Below are positions 38,001 to 48,827 of a DNA stretch of 64,000 nucleotides, in pieces. The notes under the pieces are model-generated. The model had not been told where the DNA came from and did no database searches. It saw only the letters and a program-made list of their open reading frames with translations. Each line of letters starts with the position of its first letter. Position 1 is the stretch's first letter. Made by a program: the position numbers and the translations under genes. Source of the stretch: Phoronis australis. Its lineage: Eukaryota; Animalia; Phoronida. The stretch lies in NCBI GenBank assembly GCA_002633005.1, contig NMRA01000280.1, forward strand, positions 450,080-514,079, given 5' to 3'.

Positions 38001-41000
38001 GCCAGTTAGTTAGTAGAGAAAACTGGTTCTCAAAATTCGGGCATGTTATAACAGACCATTACCGCTAGCTATCGATGGCGAATTGGACAATGTCTGACCT
38101 TTGATTGAGACCATTAATAGATCAAATATCGTAGTCAATAAATGATCTCAACCGAGAGGTCAATAACAGAATAGCTAGTGATCCAAAGTGTTGTCACCCA
38201 ATGGTAAGATTGACGACATCGTGACACTCTAGGAATTGATATATGGTTGTTCTATACATTTATTCACGCAGTACATGAGAGATATGTTCTAAAAAGATTG
38301 AGATAAGCTCCCATGATGCAACCAGGCCCAGTATAATATTTAAGTTTCTGGTCTAGTCAGTTACTAGCCTGAAGAAAGATTTACTATGACAACCCTGCTC
38401 ACACTTACCATCACCAAGGAGACTAAGGGTTTCCTGACCAGACATATGTTTCTCCGCCTTATCAGCAGGATGTCCTTGCGACCTCAGATAACCCACCATG
38501 TATTCTTTCCAGCTGATGAAGCCTGAGAATAAAAACATAACGCTTACAGACCCCATCACACTAAAGGCAGCTTTCACTATGTTCTCGAAAATTTCACAGA
38601 ATGAGAAAAAACTTGAGTTGGAGAATGATAATATTGATAAGTTCAAACAAAAACGGTCACAGAAATTTCCATTTACAAAACTGTACTGCTTAAAACTGTA
38701 CTGCTAAAATGCTAAGTTTTGCCACATGTTGGATATAAGACAGTTGAACTTTGGAGTTTTTTCTTCCCTTGATTTTTCTAGATGGGAAATTTCGTTGTGC
38801 AATGTATTCTAACTTTAGAAAACTTTGCTGTTGGCTTGTCACAGTGAGTCAATTGATTCATGCATTGAGCAAGGCTTCAGGCAACAAGAAGCTGTCACCT
38901 CTTACCAAGTCAAAAATCAAAAATTCTGAATGAGGAGAAAATTGAGCCCAGAGTCATAACGATCCATGAACTAAATGAAAAGTTCTGTTGTTTTGCAACA
39001 GGATGGGTTCATGGAAGCTGTAACACAAGCATGCCAAAATGCAACCATCAAATCAATGGATTGGTGCATGTGTTCAGTAAAAAATGTCCAAATTAGCTAC
39101 ATGGCACGCAAAATTACAATACACATTCTCAAATACAAACCAATCTGGGCTGGGTTCCATAAAACTTCAAAATTATCTGCAGGATATGTTTAAGTGTTGT
39201 GTGATATCTGGTGCATTAAACAATAACAACGTGCCGAGTGATAATGCAACATTATTGTTGCTATGTGGCGTATAACTTTTATGCAGCTGGGCCCTGAAGA
39301 ATATCAGGTCATATTGACCAAGGAAGAACAGCCAATACAATATCTTTCATGTTCCTAAGTGACAGGCTAATGCTGTTGAAACAATTTCAGGTAATCTGGT
39401 TTCTATTATTGGACTACCCAAAATTGATCTTTTGAGTGATAACACAGTTATAGTGACTACTGACTTTTATTCAACAGAGCTCATCTTGACTCAAAGTTGC
39501 ATTTGTCGATTTAGCGAAAATCCCATTACACCAAATGAAATCTGAGCTCGCCAAAACTGTTGTCGGAATCGTTGACTAAAAAAAGTTGTGCCGTATTTCA
39601 TTCCCAAAATATTGGGCGTACCTCCTTATTTTCTCCCGTAAATGCACATTCATTCCAAAATTCAGTTACGTAGAATATAGACGATCGCATGCACTGCAGG
39701 TGCATGTTTCACCGATTTTGCCCGGATTTTTGCCAAAATTCCGACTTCTGTCTGTTTACTTCCTGGTGTAATTTAAGCTCATGTTTGATGTGTGCTGACT
39801 GCTGTGGTGGCAAATGCACAGATTTCACAGAATAACGCAACAATTGTGAACCAAAGGCAACAAATCTAGAAACGCTGTTAGTAATTTAAAGTTTGATGGT
39901 CAAAACAAACTTTGGAATGTATTTTGGGGCAATTAGTGCCTCACTTTGATAATTGCAGTAGCGAATTTGTGGTGAATTTTCCCCAGGTCGCCAAACACAA
40001 TCTCAAGTTGCATTGGTGACCTGCAGGTCGATCATTGTTCAATCAAACCCTGGTTACATATTAGGAATCCCATTTTCTTGTTACTGGGGGCGGTCAGCAG
40101 ACAAAGAATTAATAGTTAGTAACTCTTGATTAAATAACACCTTCTTATCAAAGCCTCTTAAGTTGGATGACGACAAAAAATGAATTAGGCCTTTACTCTC
40201 ATAAAATCAGGCTCATAATCTTCCATACCAAGATAGGATTCCATTTTTGCTAGCATTTTTTTATTCAGCTAAACAGGACTCTAAGAACATAAATTATTTT
40301 CAAAGCAGATTGCAGATCACTACAGGTTAGCACTGTGTAGCNAAAAGGAGCCCCAATGGCAACGCCAGTACAGGTTAGTATACAAACCATCTTTATCAGT
40401 GTCAAGCATGGCCAGCAAAGTCTTGCTCTCCTTCTTTGCTTCATCAAAGTGCTCCTTTATTTTCAAATTGATCCATTCCCCAATTTCACCAAGAGTAAGT
40501 TCTCCGTCCTTATCTTTATCTGCCCTAAAAGTCAAACAAATTAATTAGTAACAGGATACACTGCAACTAGTGAAATGTTATATCACTTTGTTTAGCTGAC
40601 TAAAAATGAAAATTCATTACTACGACAGGATTTGATTTCCGTTACCACGTTGGAAACAGAATAATCCTATCTGTGTATGGATTATTACGAACCTCACTTT
40701 AAGAGAATAAAATGCCTAATTCACTTTCTTGTTGTTTAGCCAGCTATCAGGATGAACTGAAGCTTTATTGGAGAAAAAAATGACCTAAACACACAACCAT
40801 GTTGTCTACTGGTAATTTGTTGGTGTATACTACTGTACGTCACATTAACTTTAAAATCAACATGTTAACCACTAGTTCGAACCCTGAGTGTGTGTTAAAG
40901 CACCCTGCAATGTCATATTAATGTTTTGTAGAACAATTTTAATGCAGAAAGCTTACATTATTTTCTAATACACATAAAGGACCAGGAACATAATGATCTT

Positions 41001-44000
41001 CATCGACGGACTCAATCGGAAGACTCACCACCGCTAGTTGATTCACTCCAGTTTAAATTTGCGATTTCGGTTTGATCCAATTAGGACTGCATGAGAGTTT
41101 TTAAGTTAGCAAATACACAACACTATAGTGCCTTTAACCAAATGTTGATAAAAGGTACATCCACAGTCTGTCTCTAAATTACTGGATTCATTAGTCCTAG
41201 ACAGTGACAGAGCGGACCAGGGAACTGGGCCAGGAAAGCTGATTCAGATGGTTAGGCACACAGCAGGTCACCTGCACACCGAAAGCGTCTTGGCAATTTA
41301 TGCGACACACTGGCTAAACCATCAAAATCACATTGCTTTAAGTACCTTACAAGCATAGAGTGACATCTCTGCAGACCGTGTGCGCTTAAACCCTTTTAAC
41401 TTGAACTTACTAATACTTCAGCAATCAAAAATTCATTCTGAAATGTTTCTTTACTCATCATTTTGCTGCCCATGTAGGTTTGGGTACATCAAGCGATAGC
41501 GATTAGACGGTTTAGGCACATTGAGGAGTAATTTGATGAATAGTTTCGGAGCATGTAGAGCCACCTAACATAACCCTAGAGAGAACGGACCATTCAGTTT
41601 ACATGCCGTTACATTGTAAACACTCAAACCATGATTTGATCAGGGATGGTCAACTACCAGAGAGAAGACCACATTTACATAAAGTGTGATCTCATCTTAA
41701 GCAGTGGTAAAGAACCCAGCATACTGTAGGACTCTCCAAAAAGGTCCAAATTAGGCTAATTTTGGAACATCATATGTCAGAAACGGCTGATTGGATTCAT
41801 ATGAAACTTTCAGATAATCCTTTATGCACTTTTCTCCGAAATGCTATGAGGATTCATCATTAATGCTCCACTTTAGCATACAGAAAGATTATCAAAAAAA
41901 GACTCTTATGATTTTTGTGGCAAAAATTGCAACAAAAGTTGCATAAAATGAAAACAAAATGATAATTAAGAAAACTGTTGCAGTGTTTCAGAGATTTTGC
42001 AGGCTTTCTACTTTGAAACATTGCAGGCTTTCTACTTTGAAACATTGCAGGCTTTCTACTTTGAAACATTGCAGGCTTTCTACTTTCAAAAACGTGATTC
42101 TTTTATTGAGTTAGAATATACTTCTTTTTAGATATTAGACTAAATGCAGAGACTTGGCCACGATGTCTTACATAACCTTATAAGTAATAGATTATGGAGT
42201 TAAAATTCTATAACCCTAAGGTCTTAAGTGTTCGAGTTTGGTAAAGCATCATCATGTTTTTCAGTAAGAAAGGATAAAAATTCCTATAAACATGCTTTCC
42301 ATCACCAAAAACAACTTTCAATTCAGACTGCTTAACATAATTGACCATCAAAAGTGAAATTGGAGGTGATTTCAGGGCTTTCAAGGAAACAACAATTCAT
42401 TAATTGCTTGAGACCAGGCTCTACTTATAATGTCTCGAGCCTGATGTTAATGAATATCAAATCGCCACTTTTTTGCAAAATCAAAATTCACAAGCTCACC
42501 AGAGTAAGGAACACGTTGACACCAATTTTTAAAGGTAAGTGGCCTAAACCATAAATTTGTTTCTCAGACGATACAATTGAGTTTATAGCCACTTGAAATC
42601 AGCGACTAATCTACAGATTGAGAAACTAATGACAAAGGTGAATTACCATTGGAAAGGCTTTGACTTGCTGCTTGCAGGTTATGAACACTGGGTTATTGAT
42701 TCATATCATGTCTGGATTTTTAGCAGGTGTGGGCCAGTGGCTCACCTGGAGGGAAAGATACTAGTGTCTTCTGAAAAGGGAATTTCTTGGTTGAGGAAAC
42801 CTCCCTCGCTCTCAGTCACCAATTCCAAATAACACCACAAGATGGAGTTATCAAGAGTGAAGCCAAACGTACGGTAATGACATAATGGCTACTACCAGGT
42901 CGTGAACAGATGACCTTGCTTAACAAGATTCCTTCTTCACAACCAGTTTTATTCATTCTTTCAGGCACAGCTTCTATGATGAGTTAGCAATACTTAGCAG
43001 ACAAGTCATGCTGGAAACTACTTCCATTGATGAATAGCTAAAAGCTTGGAGTTTTGTGACAAAACTATACTAGTAATTACTTGACCAATTTTGAAAATCC
43101 GAAACCCCACGTAGACTAATTTTTACTCCTATATTCAGATGTTACGGCTTCCATCAGTTTTCATGTCCCAAAAAGAAAACGGAAAATACTACCTGGATGC
43201 TTTTTAGCCTTCTACTTAGATTTGATCTGAGAAGAAACAGCAATTACTCTCACTATGTGTGCACTGAATAGTGTCACTCTATTGACAACTACTGCAGCCC
43301 CTTAAATAGACTGGAATATGGATAGAACTAGTCGGGCTGACCACGTGGCATTGGAAAAATTCAAAAGATTTAACCAAATCAATCTTTATCTCGTTTAAAG
43401 TGGAATTTGCACGCTTTTTCCTTATCCAGGGCTCGACATAACGAGCTGCAGGTCGCATTTGCGACCTGAAATTTGGAAATGCGAGCTGAGATTTTTGTCA
43501 GCTCGTATCAAGTCGCAAAATGCGACCTGGAATTTCCAACGAATGCGAGCTGAATTTTTACAGTTCTCAACAGATACCTGGCAAATACAAAGCAGCTCTT
43601 ATTAATCCGACCGTTATTTGGTTGTTGCCAAATCCAAGTTCAAAAGAACACTAACAGCCCTCCCGATGTCGACTTGTAAGCAAGTCGCGCGAACATGGGA
43701 TATGCAGAATCGATCTTTGATGCGTTTCATTGGCTAACACTTTCGGCCACTTTTGTAAATTCCCAGATTCGCCGAAGAAAGTTTCGGGCCACTGCTTAAC
43801 ACGTGATAAAACTTCACAAAACGACGGTGTTTCTACTAATTCTTAAGCGATCAACTTACCAAACTTTGTGGTGGACAAAAATGTTTATTTTTCACATAAG
43901 ATGTCCTTATTACATGTACCAAATATCCACGACAATATCCCTGATATCGCAATGCGGCACCGTTAGCGCGCAAGCGGTCCCGGCAGACAATCGTGACTTA

Positions 44001-47000
44001 GACTGAGATGTGCTTCTCCTTTTTATCGTATTAAGACAGCCAAAGTGAAAATTACAACCTTATTAATCGCCAAACGACGGTCACGTCTTTACTTTCAGTC
44101 GCCAAGAAATTCTCAAACCCTTTACTTGTTTCTGGGGCTACGTGCGCGAAATATGATTTGTCTTTCACACGTTGTTGCCAACGTAAAGTGTAGGCCTACT
44201 CCAGCGATTCAAGTGCGTGAACTCACGCGTGCGCACCACTTCAAAGAACAGCGACAGTCCTAAATGAAAGAGTATACCGACTTGGCTCTGGTTTATTTGA
44301 AAATGAACTCAGATTCCCAGCGGTTATAAAAGACTCGATGTCCCGGGACCGATATAACCCAGAATTGACGTTTTCCTGTTCCGATGTTTCCCGAGGTCGA
44401 TGTTCTGTAAACCCTGTATTCTATGCCCGTAGTCAGCTATTGCAACTAAACTGGCACTAGATGCGAAATTGTGGGTCAAGTTAGCGAACTTTTCATACAC
44501 CCCCGGCAACTTTTCGCTCCCCGAACCACCGTCGCCGCAAAATGCTCAGACTCCTATAGAAACAACCTTGTTCCGGCTGAAGCGGGCAGTTAAAAACAAA
44601 ACCATTCCGGGTGGCTAAAAAGGGTACAATGTAGGTGGTAACGATACCCCACTAGATGGAGTTTGTCTCGCAAAATCGTATTATTATAACGTTTCTTACC
44701 ATTGCAGCGTTTTAATATCTTATTACCGCAAACACTGAGGTTAACGATTATGCTCACGCACAAGCCAACTCCCTACCTTTAAAGTGTTTCATAATAAGCG
44801 CTCACTGATCTATTAAAAGTCCCGTCTTAAATGTTGAAAATTTCCAATTAAGCGCCCACAGTTCAAGCTAGCGCCCATCATAGCGCACTACAAACGACCG
44901 CGTGTGGTTTAAAATTGACACGCAGCTTACGTGGTGTGTCACTTTCATTTTACACAAATTAAGTTTTCAAAAACGTGTTTTCACAATTGTAAAAACCAAA
45001 TCCCGACTTTGTTTTATATCTCGGAAAGAAAGTTAACACTAGTGACATGCGTGTCGTTTTGTGACTGACCTATTTTTCCCGTACTTGGAAGGTATTCAGA
45101 AGCAAACTTGCCATTACCCGAGTTAGTTTGAATCATTAACGACTTTGATGACAGCCAGTAGCAGGCCAGATCTAACAAAATCCCGGATACTTTTTCAACG
45201 GGCATTTTCTCCCTTTTCACATCGCAAATTTAGCTACTCGAATGCACAAGTCAGTTAGAGAGCACTGATACAACTTTCATGTCGGCAACTTTCCTTGCGC
45301 TCTAGAGTCTTTCAATGTCGGTCGTGAAGAACAGTAAGGCCGTACCTGCATGAATGAAGTCAATTTTGAGATCCGAAATTTGTGAGTATTTAACGCTGCA
45401 GGTACTAAGGTAAGAGCATAATCTAAACATTTTCTCGATGATCTAAAAAATCTATTTTGGCGCATCAAAAAAGCGGGAAAATTTTGCGACCTGGCATTTA
45501 GGAATGCGAGCTGGATTTTGAAAATGCGACCTGGTATTTTGGCTATTTCGCAAAATGCGACCTGGCGATTTTAATACCGTCGAACCCTGTTATCTGAGCT
45601 GTGATTGCTTGGTCATATTAGCTAGAAACACAGAATAGTGACGATGTGAATATGAAGCACATTGAGAATTGTCAAATGTTTTTAAGAACGAGTTTTGTGT
45701 TGAAAACGATCCGCTGCATATCACTCAACCGAGATCAGTAAGTACGTGTCGTCATGTTGGGGAATTTGCACGATGCGGTCTATGTAAAGCCCCAAGGTTA
45801 CTGCAAAGACACCTATTGGCATTTTTTTTGTTTTCACATTACAGGTTGTCACTGAATACAACTGCACTTTGTTTAGCATAGATGATGTTCAAATAACATT
45901 GTCCTTAAGTTCCTGCTGTACATTAGCATAAGTTAGGAGCACGCAAATACAGTCAAGTGACCTAATTATCGGATGTTTTGGCACATTTTGCATTATATTT
46001 AATTGAAAATCACTACGGACTGCTGTAAATTCTTTGCTGAAATTAAGGCTTACCTTCACAGAATTGTTCTGTTACTTTATCTTGGCACTAAAAGCCACAT
46101 TTATGTTCCGACTGATCTTTAAAAAACACAACTAGCAAACCTTCGGAAAACCTAAATATCGGACACCATGTTTTCCCATACACCACACCGCGGAAAACTC
46201 ACTAACCAAGTAATGGCCGCGGGCACCTTGTAGCCAAATTTCAGCTAGAGTGTTTTGACATATATGCTGCTAAAACACAGGTCCATTCGCAAAAAAATTA
46301 TCCATAAAATGAAATCTGATGACGGCGCCAAGTCGTTTCGATGAATTAGTGAAGACGAGACGACTAAAGCACGTGCAAACTCACTGAAGTTTATAGTATC
46401 TCTTTGGCTTCTTGATATGACACCCGCACGTGTGCGATCGGGGTTTGACTTAAGTTTTAAAACAAATGAAAAAATGGAACAGTGACATATTGTCAGTTCA
46501 ACGAGATGGTTTCATTGTGGAAAAAGATTTTATTTTAAACTTTTATAACCGATTTATGCGATCGTCCAATTTAGGCCTATTTGGGAACTCGTCTAAATTG
46601 CACCCTCTCTCAGTGAAATCAAAACGAGGCAACGCTATAAAAAACGAGACGGTGCCGGACATTGAATGCATTACAGGTGCATTCCACGGTATTGGTTTTG
46701 TTACAGATGTGACATTCAGACACTTTAAATTCCAATATAAAATTAGTGAAGCATCACAGTAGTAAGAAATTTTAAGTACACATTACACACTTGATGGAAG
46801 CACTTCAGGTATCAAAAGTTTTTAATTCTGCACATTATAAGTGTGCTAAAATTTACTTTTAATTAGCGTTACAGATGTGACCGAAAATGCCACGGTTAAT
46901 ATGCTAATGGTGGTTTGTCTAAAAACTCTGTTCTGTCTTTCATATTATGGAACTAGTTTCCCTATAGATAATTTAACTATTTATTTGGCTATAACATGAA

Positions 47001-48059
47001 GAAAAGGTTTTTGAACAAAAATCAAGTCTTTGTATAATTATGAGCAATTTAAAAAAACCACGTGCGTTACAGATGTGACTGTTACAGATGTGACTATTTG
47101 GCACTTGCACTATACAGACTTGTAGAATGCAATTTTAATGAAAACAAAGCTAATAAAATCCCATTAAGTGTATGTAAGGGTTGTGGGTAAACTATTTTNG
47201 TTAAAATTGATTTACTTTTTTTCCTAAAATCAAAACTTTTGTTACTTAAATGTTACAGATGTGACTTTCACTAATTTGAAAGTTTAATTGGAAATACTAA
47301 TTATCAAAAAATCAGGTAGTTTCAACTGTTAGTATACTTCTTGTGTAGCAAATGATATATTAAAACAATTTTGGCATTTATTTCTTCATGTCTGTAGAAA
47401 AAATTATGAAAAAAGTTATGTCACATCTGTAACGCAAAATTTTACAAATAAGAGATAAACCTTCCGATAAAAGCAAAATTTCTAAGACTAACAGAAAATG
47501 GACCTGCAGACAACAAAATTCAATGATTAAACTATGTGTAAACATCAAAATTAAAGTTAAAAGGCTGATTTGAAATTTTTAAGTCCATGGCACAAATACC
47601 GTGGAATGCACCTACAACGGAACAAAAATTGGTGTCATTAAATTCTCAGATTATGCTTCACGTAAGATTTTATGAAATGTCCGATATTTAGGTTCTGTCC
47701 GATAATTAGGTACACTACGTGTACAGGGGGATGTTTACACCATGACTTAGAAATTTCACCCAAAATAATTACAAGTCATCTTACTTTGCAAAAACCTCCT
47801 TGAGTTTATCAAGTTTTTGGTCCTCAGGTAAGTTGTCGATGTCTTCATGGTTACCCAGGAATATTTCTTTTCTAAAATCCTCATTGATCTGCCCATCCTG
47901 CTCCATTTTAACGGCTTCCAGGTGATCGGGAGGTTTCACTTCAATTGTGTTACCTTCTGAATCTGTTATACCCAAACTTTTGCCGTACACACATATCGTC
48001 CAGGTTAAAACAACGTAAAAGAACAACCCCGTAAGGATACAAACACTTTTCCAACTCAT
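34892..48059 (-). CDS. SDF4: 45 kDa calcium-binding protein Cab45 (CREC family, multiple EF hands), 6 coding exons, about 348 aa
   Basis: Exons 48059-47785, 40524-40388, 38522-38409, 37613-37455, 35814-35630 and 35068-34892. All introns are GT-AG with compatible phases (1047 nt total). Signal peptide, Cab45-type motif PPDHLEAVKMEQDGQINEDFRKEIFLG, EF loops (DKDKDGELTLGE, DTDKDGFISWKE, DQNNDGELTAEE, DDNKNGKVTEQE, DVNHDFKLDLDE) and C-terminal HDEF*. Confidence 0.92.
35630..35814 (-). CDS. SDF4: Cab45/SDF4 coding exon 5
   Basis: DQNNDGELTAEEF...IDDNKNGKVTEQEML; AG acceptor and GTGAG donor. Confidence 0.9.
37455..37613 (-). CDS. SDF4: Cab45/SDF4 coding exon 4
   Basis: EKDEMIRLKFRWKEAEQAPRDDKLTEGEFLNFRHPE...MSSL; AG acceptor and GTAAG donor. 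Confidence 0.9.
37947..38071. repeat. About 125-bp palindromic (hairpin) MITE remnant
   Basis: CGGCAATAGTCTGATATAACGTGCCCGTATTTTGAGAACCAGTTT mirrored by AAACTGGTTCTCAAAATTCGGGCATGTTATAACAGACCATTACCG. Confidence 0.7.
38409..38522 (-). CDS. SDF4: Cab45/SDF4 coding exon 3
   Basis: GFISWKEYMVGYLRSQG...LLGD; AG acceptor and GTAAGT donor. Confidence 0.88.
39148..39293. mobile_element. Short PIF/Harbinger-like MITE in an SDF4 intron
   Basis: CTG|GGCTGGGTTCCATAAAA ... TTTTATGCAGCTGGGCC|CTG. Confidence 0.5.
40388..40524 (-). CDS. SDF4: Cab45/SDF4 coding exon 2
   Basis: TTTTAG acceptor; ADKDKDGELTLGEIGEWINLKIKEHFDEA...DTDKD; GTTTGT donor. Confidence 0.9.
41997..42088. repeat. 24-bp tandem repeat, about 4 copies
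   Basis: TTGCAGGCTTTCTACTTTGAAACA repeated. Confidence 0.9.
43427..45589. mobile_element. Non-autonomous hAT-like element with a 5-bp TSD (hAT5-like) in SDF4 intron 1
   Basis: TTATC|CAGGGCTCGAC ... GTCGAACCCTG|TTATC. Subterminal TGCGA(C/G)CTG motifs repeat at both ends. No transposase ORF. Confidence 0.8.
45950..47721. mobile_element. Tc1/mariner-like non-autonomous element
   Basis: TA|CAGTCAAGTGACCTAATTATCGGA ... TCCGATAATTAGGTACACTACGTG|TA, plus an inner inverted motif AACCTAAATATCGGACA. Confidence 0.6.
46676..47612. mobile_element. Nested non-autonomous DNA transposon with perfect TIRs
   Basis: TACA|GGTGCATTCCACGGTATT ... AATACCGTGGAATGCACC|TACA, with six GTTACAGATGTGAC motifs inside. 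Confidence 0.8.
47785..48059 (-). CDS. SDF4: Cab45/SDF4 coding exon 1
   Basis: MSWKSVCILTGLFF...PPDHLEAVKMEQDG...EVFA, followed by a GTAAG donor. Confidence 0.9.
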
Positions 48060-48623
48060 TTTATACAACTACGTTTAATTTGATGACGCTCAGCGGGAGT
48101 TGAGGTAATTCAGCTGTTCTGACGTGTCGCCGTCCACACCTTCGAAAACGGAATCAGATGTGCCCCGCACAGACTAGACAAAATTACGCAATTTCAAATC
48201 TTCTTTAATACATATCGACATATATGTATCGCCACAGCTACGGTTGCTTGCAGAATTACACTCTGGTGATAGAAACTGACTTGGTGAAAATACGCCGCAG
48301 ACACACAGCAGACAACGACGGAAATGCACTTCTGCCATCTGACGGCATACTTTGATCACGTGATTAATTCACACTATAGCATTTGACATATATGTGTATC
48401 CGCAACAAAATAGAACCAATTGTTAGTAATATTGTTTTACAGTGTAATTCAATTAACAAAACGTTGATTATTATTCCCCATAGAAGAATAAGATTTTTAT
48501 TCATCTGATAACTCACAAAAGTAAGCTCTAAAGTGTCTGCTATTCCTTTTTTTGCACTTGACGGCATGGCGCAAGAATATCAGCACGTTGAAAGGATCTA
48601 CTTACGTTTCAACGACGATCAAG
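48060..48623. promoter_or_regulatory. Bidirectional promoter and 5' UTR region shared by SDF4 (-) and cyclin L (+)
   Basis: Divergent start codons about 560 bp apart, several TGACG CRE half-sites, and a YY1-like CAAGATGGC overlapping the cyclin L ATG. Confidence 0.7.
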
Positions 48624-48827
48624 ATGGCCGACAGCGAGAAGTTTCCGACTTTGGAAAGAGATTTTTCTGACGTAATTTTGACGCTTGAAAATGTTTTGAT
48701 TCCATCAGATAAACTTTCACCGACGCCCTCTATGCTAGACAGTATTGATTTGGACACTGAAACGGATTTACGGATACTTGGATGTGAACTAATTCAAACA
48801 TCCGGCATCTTGCTCAAACTTCCTCAG
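48624..48827 (+). CDS. CCNL1: Cyclin L exon 1
   Basis: MADSEKF...[37 protein letters not shown]; CAG|GTTCGT donor. Confidence 0.92.

Noticed and set aside
48552-48623. N-terminal extension of cyclin L suggested by the ORF track (likewise the 17065 and 61556 starts)
   Set aside because: The 48552 and 17065 starts are non-ATG and 61556 is intronic; better ATGs or splice acceptors lie downstream.
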